Source: Candidatus Omnitrophota bacterium
GTDB taxonomy: Bacteria > Omnitrophota > Gorgyraeia > Gygaellales > Profunditerraquicolaceae
DNA: 56,564 nucleotides
Direction of reading: 5' to 3'
Assembly: GCA_041648915.1 (NCBI GenBank)
Contig: JBAZOC010000003.1
Location: 1-56,564, forward strand
The notes beneath the pieces were generated by a model. It was not told the origin of the DNA, did no database searches, and was given only the letters and a program-made list of their open reading frames with translations. The translations under genes were made by a program, and so were the position numbers. Shown here piece after piece: positions 46,060 through 54,222 of the stretch. Within the stretch, counting starts at the first letter, position 1. Every line of letters starts with the position of its first letter.

Positions 46060-47481
46060 TCAATTAAATCTGCCGTGAAAAACAAAACTCACCAGGCTGT
46101 TCAGCATATCTATTTTCTTAATGCTTTTTATCCGGAATAAATGCCTCCAGATTAAACGCGGCCGTAAATAGAATTCCCGGTGGGCCCTTCTCTGTAAAGC
46201 AATCAAATCCCTGGCCGAGACATGCTCATTAATAGAAACTAATTTTTTAGGGTCCGGATTAAAAGTCACAAAATTATCCCAGTCCTGGCGCCTTAGCTTG
46301 CCAGCCTGCGTAAGTTTTACGTATAATTCGCTTCCGGGGAAAGGGATGGTAATGGCAAACTTGGCAAAATCCAGGTCCAGCTCCCTGGACAGCTTAAGCG
46401 TATCTTCCATCATCGGCCTGGTCTCCTGGGGAAAACCTAGCATGAACAGGCCGGTTGCCTCAATCTTCAATTTCCTGGTATCGCTGATATTCTTTCTTAT
46501 CAGGTCCAGAGAGGTATCTTTACTAACCCCATCCAGGGTTTTCTGGTTACCGGATTCTATCCCATAAAGTATTCTTTTGCACCCAGCCTCTTTCATAAAC
46601 CCCAAAAGCTCCTTATCAACGCTATCTATCCTGGTCTCGCAGATCCAGACCAGCTTTTTATTCAAACCCCGCTTAATCATCTCTAGGCTGAAATTTATGC
46701 CGGATTTTTTGTAGAGCGGAAAGATAGGATCGACAAAACCAACCTGCTTAACGTTAAATTTATCTACTAGGTATTCTATCTCGTCAACGACTCGCAAAGG
46801 GTCCCTTTGACGGTAATGATTATTCATGTATAAAAGCGAACAATAACTGCATTTATATACGCACCCCCGGGAGGCAAGGACGCTCAGGGCGGGCTTAGCA
46901 ATATCCATAAAAGGCAAAAATCCATATTTTTTGACTGGAAAATATTCCCAGGCCGGATAGGGCAAGGAATCTATTTTGTCTCGAAGCGCCCTCTCTTCTG
47001 TTTTTATTGCTTTTCCTTCGAGCATAAATGAAATTCCTGGGATAGACTGCAATTCTTTTTTCTGCGCCAAAGCACTCACCACCTCGGGAAAGGTAGACTC
47101 GCCTTCGCCGTGCACTATCACATCAACCAACCCCTGTCTTAGTATGGATTCGTAAAAAATAGACGCGTGTATATTTCCTAAAATTATTTTTATCTTTTTA
47201 TCGTATTGCCGGACCGCGTCGGCAATCTGCAGGACGTAAGGCGCTGAAGGCGTTAGGCAGGATATACCGACTATATCTGCGGGATAATCTTGCAGGATAC
47301 CGATAATTCCCCTGATGCCGATCCGGTCGGCAAAATCGTCAATGACCCTAAAATCCAAACCCTCTTTTTTTAAGGCTGCGGCTAAATAGGCCAGCCCTAT
47401 CGGCGGCATAGGCTGCATATACCTTTTAAAAGTGCCAAATTTGCTGAAATCCATGCCGGGATTTATTAACAAAACTCTCAT
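46060..47481 (-). CDS. B12-binding-domain radical SAM enzyme
   Basis: MRVLLINPG; ILGNIHASIF; ASRGCVYKCSYCS. The ATG at 47481 is preferred because the ORF-track start at 47487 is TTG. Paralog of 30603..32120. Confidence 0.85.
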   Translation of the reverse strand: MRVLLINPGMDFSKFGTFKRYMQPMPPIGLAYLAAALKKEGLDFRVIDDFADRIGIRGIIGILQDYPADIVGISCLTPSAPYVLQIADAVRQYDKKIKIILGNIHASIFYESILRQGLVDVIVHGEGESTFPEVVSALAQKKELQSIPGISFMLEGKAIKTEERALRDKIDSLPYPAWEYFPVKKYGFLPFMDIAKPALSVLASRGCVYKCSYCSLLYMNNHYRQRDPLRVVDEIEYLVDKFNVKQVGFVDPIFPLYKKSGINFSLEMIKRGLNKKLVWICETRIDSVDKELLGFMKEAGCKRILYGIESGNQKTLDGVSKDTSLDLIRKNISDTRKLKIEATGLFMLGFPQETRPMMEDTLKLSRELDLDFAKFAITIPFPGSELYVKLTQAGKLRRQDWDNFVTFNPDPKKLVSINEHVSARDLIALQRRAHREFYLRPRLIWRHLFRIKSIKKIDMLNSLVSFVFHGRFN

Positions 47482-47490
47482 AGCCAACCT

Positions 47491-49023
47491 TTATTTATCG
47501 TACCACTTAGGTTTTAATAACCGGTTATATTCTTTAAAACGAAAAGGATTAATCAAATTAAACGCCGAATCCAGGAACATCTTTATGGCAACTATCAAAC
47601 ACCATATATACATGTTTCTTTTGTGCGTACAGGGGTTAAAGATGCCTTTTAATAGCCAGGTAAAACTGGCATATTTTTTGTTCATAAAGTAAAGCAGGTA
47701 ATCAATGTCACTGCGGGAAAGATGTTCTGAGGCCATAACCGGGGTTGACCAGTCATAGTAAGAAAAATCCTTGACTTCAAGCCAGCCCTTTTTATTGGCC
47801 TCATCCCAGAGCCTGGTACCCGGTACGGGGGTTATGGGGTGAAAAGCCGGGTAATCCGCTTTTAACTCTCTGGCGTATGCTAACTGGCTCAGCATCGACT
47901 TTTTTGTCTCATTCCTCACCCCCACGATGAAAGTAACCTGCCTGAAAACCTGCGGATATTTCCTGGCTAATATGTCCATAGCCTCCCTGACAATTTCCGT
48001 TTTATAGAAATTTTTACCCATATTACTTAAATCCCCGTTATCCGCCCTTTCTGCGCCAATAGAGACATGGGATAATCCGGCCTTAACCAGCTTTTTCATA
48101 ATCCCTAATTTATCATCCCTGACCATTAAATCCGCCCGCATAAAGGCGAACCACTTAACCTTTATCTTTTTTTTGATGACAGACTCTGCGAATTCATTAC
48201 TCCAGTCAGGATCGATATTCCAGGAATCATCCACGAAAATCAGGAATTTCTGATGGTATCTATCCTGTAAAAGCTCGATCTCTTCAACCGTGCGCTTGAC
48301 ACTCTTGGTCCTCCACCTCGGCTTTAAAACCAGCTTACCCTTATCTGCCGAGCGCTCAGCCATCTGCACCCACCAGACGCAAAAATCACAGCTATTAACG
48401 CACCCCCGGCTGTGATGGATGGTAATCCCCCCGGGAGTAAAAAGGAATTTTGCCCTGCCATATTTATCCATTGGCATTAGATCATAAGCGGGTAATGGCA
48501 GGTCATCCAAATTATCGATCAGCCTGCGCGGAGCCGTTTCTACGATGTGTCCGTCACGCTTAAAGACGATTCCGTTTACACTTGTAAAGTCTTTTTCCTT
48601 GTTCATTATCTTACTGGCCAGCTCAACTAGCGTTTCCTCCCCTTCGCCCTTTACGATAAAATCAATGGGGTAATTCTTCAGGCAGTCTTCGGAAAGATTG
48701 GAAAAATGCGCCCCTCCGGCTACCGTAATTATATCTTTATTTATTTCCTTTGCCAGATTAACCGTTTTTACGGCTTCGTGAGAATACAATGATTCGCTGT
48801 CGCCTATGCCGATTATGTCCGGTTTTTCATCCCGGATAACCTTCCCCAGGGTCTTCCAGCCCATCTTCATGGGCATACAATCAATAACCTTGACCGCTAT
48901 GCCGGCCCTTCTCAATGCTGCCGCTAAACAGGCCAGGGACTGGGGCAATATAAAATTATCGTATTCATTGATAAAAGGCCAGTAATAACGCGGGGATCTT
49001 ATGAGCATGAATTTTGTTTTCAT
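47491..49023 (-). CDS. B12-binding-domain radical SAM enzyme
   Basis: 510 aa. VAGGAHFSNL; HSRGCVNSCDFCVW. Confidence 0.85.
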   Translation of the reverse strand: MKTKFMLIRSPRYYWPFINEYDNFILPQSLACLAAALRRAGIAVKVIDCMPMKMGWKTLGKVIRDEKPDIIGIGDSESLYSHEAVKTVNLAKEINKDIITVAGGAHFSNLSEDCLKNYPIDFIVKGEGEETLVELASKIMNKEKDFTSVNGIVFKRDGHIVETAPRRLIDNLDDLPLPAYDLMPMDKYGRAKFLFTPGGITIHHSRGCVNSCDFCVWWVQMAERSADKGKLVLKPRWRTKSVKRTVEEIELLQDRYHQKFLIFVDDSWNIDPDWSNEFAESVIKKKIKVKWFAFMRADLMVRDDKLGIMKKLVKAGLSHVSIGAERADNGDLSNMGKNFYKTEIVREAMDILARKYPQVFRQVTFIVGVRNETKKSMLSQLAYARELKADYPAFHPITPVPGTRLWDEANKKGWLEVKDFSYYDWSTPVMASEHLSRSDIDYLLYFMNKKYASFTWLLKGIFNPCTHKRNMYIWCLIVAIKMFLDSAFNLINPFRFKEYNRLLKPKWYDK

Positions 49024-49049
49024 TTTTTAATGACTAAATCAAATACAGC

Positions 49050-49078
49050 TTGACAAAATTTATAGCGGGTGCCATAAT
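49050..49078 (+). promoter_or_regulatory. Near-consensus sigma70-type promoter facing rightward, antisense to the cluster
   Basis: TTGACA (49050..49055), exactly 17-nt spacer, CATAAT (49073..49078). There is no + strand gene downstream for about 1.6 kb. Confidence 0.3.
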
Positions 49079-49191
49079 TATAAATGAATACAAACCGCAA
49101 CTATATAAAATGATACTTATGAAAAACGTCAATTGGCGCCCTGCGCCGCGTAAACCATACCCTAAACCGCCCAAGTAAACTCCGCTTTCCT

Positions 49192-50550
49192 TTATCCATG
49201 CGGCAATAGCATATTTATTGCTACGTTAAACAAAAAGCGCAGATCAGCAAAAGACCTGATTTTTTTTAATTGTCTTGAAAGAATCCGCGGGCGAAAATAA
49301 AATTTCAGATTGTATAATGTCGCGTATCTCTTAGCTACGCTTCCGGAAAGAAACGGTAATCTACTATCGCGGTATATATCGTAAATAGCCGTGCCGGGTA
49401 GATGAATATAATTATTAAAGTTCGCGTAATCTACGTCTAATTCCAAAACAAATCTAAACAGATCTCTAGCCGTAGCAACCGTATCGCCCAACCCTCCCAG
49501 CATAAAATTGCCCAAAACCTCTATCCCTGCCTCCTTGCACCCACGGGCAGCCTGACTGGATTGTTCTAGGGTAATACCTTTTTCGTTAGTATCTAATACG
49601 TTCTGCGATGAGCTTTCGAAACCAAGAGACAATTGATAGCATCCGGCTTTGCGCATTAACGCCAACAGCTCTTTATCCACCAAATCCACCCTGGTATTAG
49701 CCCTCCACAAGAGATCAATATTATTCCTGATGATATTCTCACAAAGGGCATAAACTAATTCCCTGTTGGCTGTAAATGTCTGATCCCGGAAGAATATCTC
49801 TTTTATATTATATTTAAAGACGATCTCGTGTAATTCTTCCGCTATCGAGGCAATATTCCTGTATCGCATTTGCCCTAAAGTATATAATCCGGCGTTGCAA
49901 AATTTACACTTGCCGTGCGGGCAACCCCTGCTGATAGACATTGCCGTAACAGGATTCCTTTTATTAAAGAAGGCGTACCGATAGGCCTGGTTATCTATTA
50001 AATTCCTTGCCGGTATCGCTAAGTCGTCTAAATTAACCAATGCCCGCTTACCGCTGACAATAACTCCTTCTGCATTAGTATAAGCGATATTTCTTGAAAC
50101 ATCGCCCCTAAGTATACCCAGAAGGGGTAACTCTATTTCTCCTAAGGCGACAAAATCGGCTAAGCCATCGGCTAAAACGAGCGCAGGATTATAGGTAACC
50201 GGCGGTCCCCCAAAAATAATCTTAATCTTAGGAAGCGACTCCCGGATCAGCTGAGCCAAATACTTATCGTCGTTTAGGCTAAAATAATTTGCAGGGATGA
50301 AAACAAAATCCGCAGGCCCCGCCTTGAGCAAATTTATGACTTTTTTATGCTCGAGGTGTTTAATGTTTGCCTCTACAATCTCAACCTGGTAACCGAATTT
50401 TGCCAGGTAAGCAGCAGCATAAAGTAAATCCAGGGGCACAAAAGGAATATAACCCAGGGTATAGGCTCCGCTCCAATCCCTGAAAAAATGTTTATGCCTG
50501 AATAAGCCGCTTTCGCTGCCCAGAGGATCAATAAGAGTTATCTTGGTCAT
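49192..50550 (-). CDS. B12-binding-domain radical SAM enzyme with CX4CX2C motif
   Basis: 452 aa. ITLIDPLG; SRGCPHGKCKFCNA. Collinear with 44682..46049 along the full length. Confidence 0.85.
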   Translation of the reverse strand: MTKITLIDPLGSESGLFRHKHFFRDWSGAYTLGYIPFVPLDLLYAAAYLAKFGYQVEIVEANIKHLEHKKVINLLKAGPADFVFIPANYFSLNDDKYLAQLIRESLPKIKIIFGGPPVTYNPALVLADGLADFVALGEIELPLLGILRGDVSRNIAYTNAEGVIVSGKRALVNLDDLAIPARNLIDNQAYRYAFFNKRNPVTAMSISRGCPHGKCKFCNAGLYTLGQMRYRNIASIAEELHEIVFKYNIKEIFFRDQTFTANRELVYALCENIIRNNIDLLWRANTRVDLVDKELLALMRKAGCYQLSLGFESSSQNVLDTNEKGITLEQSSQAARGCKEAGIEVLGNFMLGGLGDTVATARDLFRFVLELDVDYANFNNYIHLPGTAIYDIYRDSRLPFLSGSVAKRYATLYNLKFYFRPRILSRQLKKIRSFADLRFLFNVAINMLLPHG

Positions 50551-50605
50551 AATAAATCCGGATTAAATAATGATTAGAGGATATTAACTGCCGGTAAAAT
50601 TAACA

Positions 50606-50634
50606 TTGACTAATCAAGCCCTCAAGCCTATTAT
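50606..50634 (+). promoter_or_regulatory. Candidate promoter for the + strand B12-radical SAM gene
   Basis: TTGACT (50606..50611), 17-nt spacer, TATTAT (50629..50634), 59 nt upstream of the ATG at 50694. Confidence 0.35.
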
Positions 50635-50693
50635 ATAATAAATTATATTTATAATACATATGTAAGTTTTTATCACTCTATTATCTTCAGCCG

Positions 50694-52139
50694 ATGAAAA
50701 TACTTTTATTAAGATTACCCCTGGTCTACGGCGCTTCCTCTATCTCAAGATTATTATCCCCTGGCGGGTATCTTTCCTCCAGGCTATATTGCGAGTGGCT
50801 TGTCCGTTATCCGCCGCTGGGGCTTCTTTATTACGGCTCGATACTTAAAAAGAACGACCACAGCGTTAAGCTTATAGACGGAGAATTAACCGGAATTTCT
50901 TTTAATAAGCTCCTGCTTTTGGCTAAAGAATATAACCCCGATATTATCTTGGCCACGGTCAATATCTATAACCCCAGGGCTGAATTTGATTTTTTATCAA
51001 AGTTAAAAGATAGTCTGGGATGCTTTATAGCCGCCCGCGGCCATTTTCCCCAACTTTATCCCGAAGAAAGCATCTGCAATAAAGGGATCGATTGCGCTCT
51101 AACGGGAAAAGGATTCAATACGATAATAAATTTAGCCAGGGCCGTTGAGCAGCACATCCCCTTGGAAAAAATAAAAGGAATTATTTTCAAAAATAATCAA
51201 GATGAAATAGTAAAGACCGGCCCTGAAGAACCTTATGCTTTTAATAACCTGCCTCATCCCGCCCGGGAATTAATAGATAATGCCGTCTATACAACCGCTT
51301 TAACCAAAAATGATCTCTTTACGACTATAACCACAAGTATAGGCTGCCCTTATTCTTGCACCTACTGCGTCGACAGGCATATTCCCTACCAGACCCGAAG
51401 CATTGACAATATAATTGCCGAGATCAGAGATTGTATTGATAATTTCGGAATAAAAGAGGTCACCTTTCTGGATTCAACTTTTACCGTTGATAAAACCCGG
51501 ACCATACAATTATGCGAAGCAATCATTGAGCAGGGCCTAAAGTTCAAGTGGGCCATCCGTACCCGCCCGGACCGCGTCGATAATGAATTACTATCTTTAC
51601 TGGCAAAAGCCGGATGCGTGAGCATCCATTACGGCATAGAATCCGGCGACCAACAAATACTGGATAACCTAAAAAGAAATAATACTTTAAAAACCATTCA
51701 ACAGGCCATAGAAATGACTTCCCGGAATGGCCTGGAAACGCTCGGTTTTTTCATGATCGGCAATACCGGCGAAACGCCGCAGACAATTAATAACACTATC
51801 CGCTTTGCCCGGTCGTTACCCTTAGACATCGCGCAATTCAACGTCGCTTTTCCTGTGCCGCCGAGTAACATATATATAAATTCGCTAAAAACACTGGGGC
51901 AGGACATCTGGCTTGAGTCATATAAAGGCAAAGAAATAACGGCCGCAATGTGCAAACCACAGGATACCGCTCTAGCGGCGGAAGAATTAACGTATTGGGC
52001 TAAAAAAGCCTATAGAAGCTTTTATTTACGGCCGGGATATTTCCTGCGCCTGGCCAAATATAAATACTTTCCCCATATCCTCTTAAGGCAATTCAAATTA
52101 CTGCTGCTGCATATAAAAATATCTTTCAATCGGATCTGA
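50694..52139 (+). CDS. B12-binding-domain radical SAM enzyme (inverted orientation)
   Basis: 481 aa. MKILLLRLP N-domain; TSIGCPYSCTYCVD. Confidence 0.85.
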   Translation: MKILLLRLPLVYGASSISRLLSPGGYLSSRLYCEWLVRYPPLGLLYYGSILKKNDHSVKLIDGELTGISFNKLLLLAKEYNPDIILATVNIYNPRAEFDFLSKLKDSLGCFIAARGHFPQLYPEESICNKGIDCALTGKGFNTIINLARAVEQHIPLEKIKGIIFKNNQDEIVKTGPEEPYAFNNLPHPARELIDNAVYTTALTKNDLFTTITTSIGCPYSCTYCVDRHIPYQTRSIDNIIAEIRDCIDNFGIKEVTFLDSTFTVDKTRTIQLCEAIIEQGLKFKWAIRTRPDRVDNELLSLLAKAGCVSIHYGIESGDQQILDNLKRNNTLKTIQQAIEMTSRNGLETLGFFMIGNTGETPQTINNTIRFARSLPLDIAQFNVAFPVPPSNIYINSLKTLGQDIWLESYKGKEITAAMCKPQDTALAAEELTYWAKKAYRSFYLRPGYFLRLAKYKYFPHILLRQFKLLLLHIKISFNRI

Positions 52140-52140
52140 C

Positions 52141-53193
52141 CTAAAAGGCTCTTTTTATCAGCTTAACTGCCCCCTGCTTGAAAACACTCCTATTATTCGC
52201 ATTACTAAATAGCTTTATTCTTCTATTTTTATTACCAATATACCAGCGATAACCTTTAACTAAAGCGTCAACATTGCTCCTTTTAGGAAAATACCCTAAG
52301 ACCTTATTTATCTTTGCAATCGAAAAATACAGATCCTTATCGATAACGCCATAAACTCCTTCATAAATAGAGGAAATCTTTGTTTTTTCAAAAATCTTCA
52401 AGATAATCTTAATACCATTTGCGGGAAAATGGATTAACCTGGATTTACTCCCCACTGCTTGGATAAAATTATTTAAATCTTCATTAAGCGTACCAAACAC
52501 CGCAGCGCCAACATTAAAATCAGTATTTACTAAATACGCCGGAGCATTTATTATTGCCTGGATTGCCTCGCATAGGTCCTGGGCTTCTAACATTTGAAAG
52601 CGGTTTTGGCCGGATCCAATAATCGGGATCTTTCTATTTTCCTTAATCCAATCGTAAAAAATCTGAAAAAAACCTAATTTTCCTTCTCCGATAATAGGAG
52701 CTGGCCTGAGGATAGTGATATACATACCTTGCTTTCTGCATAATACGCAGGATTGCTCTGCTAGGATTTTACTACGCGCATGGTCAGTAAGACCGCGGAA
52801 AGCTGCCTCTTCTTCTATTGGCATATTTTTATGCAAACCGTATACCGCGGTGGAAGATAAATAAATCAACCGGTTAGTTTTATTTTCTTTAGCCGCTCTG
52901 AGAAGATTTTTTGTACCCTTGACGCCAGTAGAAAATATATCCCGCCTTTTTTTAAACGGAAGCTCGGAAGCGGCATGGATGATAAAATCCGTACCGCAGA
53001 CCGCCTGGAAAAGGGAGGCATAATCTCTTAGATCTCCTTTAAAATATTCTACCGTGCCGGCATAATCGTTTGCTGCATAATCGCAAATATCAAAAATACG
53101 CAGGCGGTACCCTCTTTTCAAAAAATAATTCGCTAGGTAAACCCCTAGGTATCCTGCGCCGCCGGTAATAAGGATATTTTTCGGGTTATTCAT
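52141..53193 (-). CDS. NAD-dependent epimerase/dehydratase-like SDR with an atypical active-site motif
   Basis: ITGGAGYLGVYL Rossmann motif. HARSK occupies the position of YXXXK. The start is set at the ATG at 53193 (AGGAG 6 nt upstream); the ORF-track start at 53208 is TTG. Confidence 0.8.
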   Translation of the reverse strand: MNNPKNILITGGAGYLGVYLANYFLKRGYRLRIFDICDYAANDYAGTVEYFKGDLRDYASLFQAVCGTDFIIHAASELPFKKRRDIFSTGVKGTKNLLRAAKENKTNRLIYLSSTAVYGLHKNMPIEEEAAFRGLTDHARSKILAEQSCVLCRKQGMYITILRPAPIIGEGKLGFFQIFYDWIKENRKIPIIGSGQNRFQMLEAQDLCEAIQAIINAPAYLVNTDFNVGAAVFGTLNEDLNNFIQAVGSKSRLIHFPANGIKIILKIFEKTKISSIYEGVYGVIDKDLYFSIAKINKVLGYFPKRSNVDALVKGYRWYIGNKNRRIKLFSNANNRSVFKQGAVKLIKRAF

Positions 53194-54205
53194 TTTCTGC
53201 TCCTGCAAAATGAACTACTTTGCCGGCTAGCTCCTTACAATACCTGCATTCGTCGCATAGCCCGAGGCATTTTCCTTCCAGAAAATGCCCCATAAAACCG
53301 TCTAAATCAGAATTATTGATAAAGACGCCCGGGCTTTTTCCGCCTTCAGGAAGTGGCGCGCAGCGGGGAAAATCAGGAAATAATTTTATCAGATTCCCCG
53401 CGTAGCATCTTTTGCTATACGCATTAATAATCTCGACCGAATCCTCGCCAGGCCAACCATTGCCAATTAACTCTAACCTATTAATACCGATTCCTTCATA
53501 ATACTTAATATCTTCCGGCCGGATCCATTGAGAAGAAATAATATCAAGCCCTGTCCTGGAGTACTCTTTTAGGCATTGAAGGCCATAAAAAATATCATCA
53601 TTATTCGCCGCAAATTGCCCGGGTAGATGCGCTCTAAGATTTGCATGAAAACCGTGATTAACGCAGTTATTCAGGCAACAGTGGTTTGCCACCAGCTGTA
53701 AGCCACATTTTACGTTACTCCGGACCCCATGCAATAAAGCGAAATTACGGTTTACCTTGTAAGAGGCTAAGGTAATTATATCGGCCCCTAAGTCTTCCCA
53801 GCGCTTTGCGCGCTGAATATTATCCACTTCGGCATTTGACGATATCTCAACAGCTACTTTAGGGTATTGTTTTTTCATTAACTCCACAAAATACGGCATA
53901 CTAACCGATACCGCATCCACCCCCCCAGCTACTAAATTATCCAGAAACACCCTGATCCGCCTTTGACCGCTCCTTGTCCACTCCAGGTTATTCAGACAGG
54001 TAACATCCATTAAAAAGGTGAAACTGATACCGCGATTATGCGCTGCGTTGACATACCCATTAATACTATCCTTAACTTCAGTACTTTCCAAAAAATTACC
54101 GGGTATTTTAGCGTATATATTGCCGATATTATCGTCTGGCAGGAAGCGCCCGGAGTCAAAATACCGGTCAACAGGAACAGATAATTTAATCTTATTGCTA
54201 TCCAT
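53186..54205 (-). CDS. U32-family protein (shorter paralog)
   Basis: 339 aa. GVDAVSVSMPYFVELMKKQYPKVAVEISSNAEV...LQLVANHCCLNNC. C-terminal C-X3-C-X2-C-X2-C (CLGLCDECRYC). Confidence 0.65.
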   Translation of the reverse strand: MDSNKIKLSVPVDRYFDSGRFLPDDNIGNIYAKIPGNFLESTEVKDSINGYVNAAHNRGISFTFLMDVTCLNNLEWTRSGQRRIRVFLDNLVAGGVDAVSVSMPYFVELMKKQYPKVAVEISSNAEVDNIQRAKRWEDLGADIITLASYKVNRNFALLHGVRSNVKCGLQLVANHCCLNNCVNHGFHANLRAHLPGQFAANNDDIFYGLQCLKEYSRTGLDIISSQWIRPEDIKYYEGIGINRLELIGNGWPGEDSVEIINAYSKRCYAGNLIKLFPDFPRCAPLPEGGKSPGVFINNSDLDGFMGHFLEGKCLGLCDECRYCKELAGKVVHFAGAENE

Positions 54206-54222
54206 GCTAGGACTCTTACCCC

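Noticed and set aside
9552-50693. RiPP precursor peptides next to the SPASM-type radical SAM genes
   Set aside because: I scanned the intergenic gaps by eye (9552..9629, 15282..15386, 20339..20514, 22597..22710, 43516..43629, 49024..49191, 50551..50693). The only small ORFs lack Shine-Dalgarno sites and show no leader/core-like or Cys/Gly/Ser-rich composition. They are kept only as low-interest notes.
20339-50693. Cobalamin riboswitch upstream of the B12-radical SAM genes
   Set aside because: I looked for a B12-box-like element and the conserved GCCACTG core in the larger gaps and found neither. A covariance-model scan would be needed for certainty.
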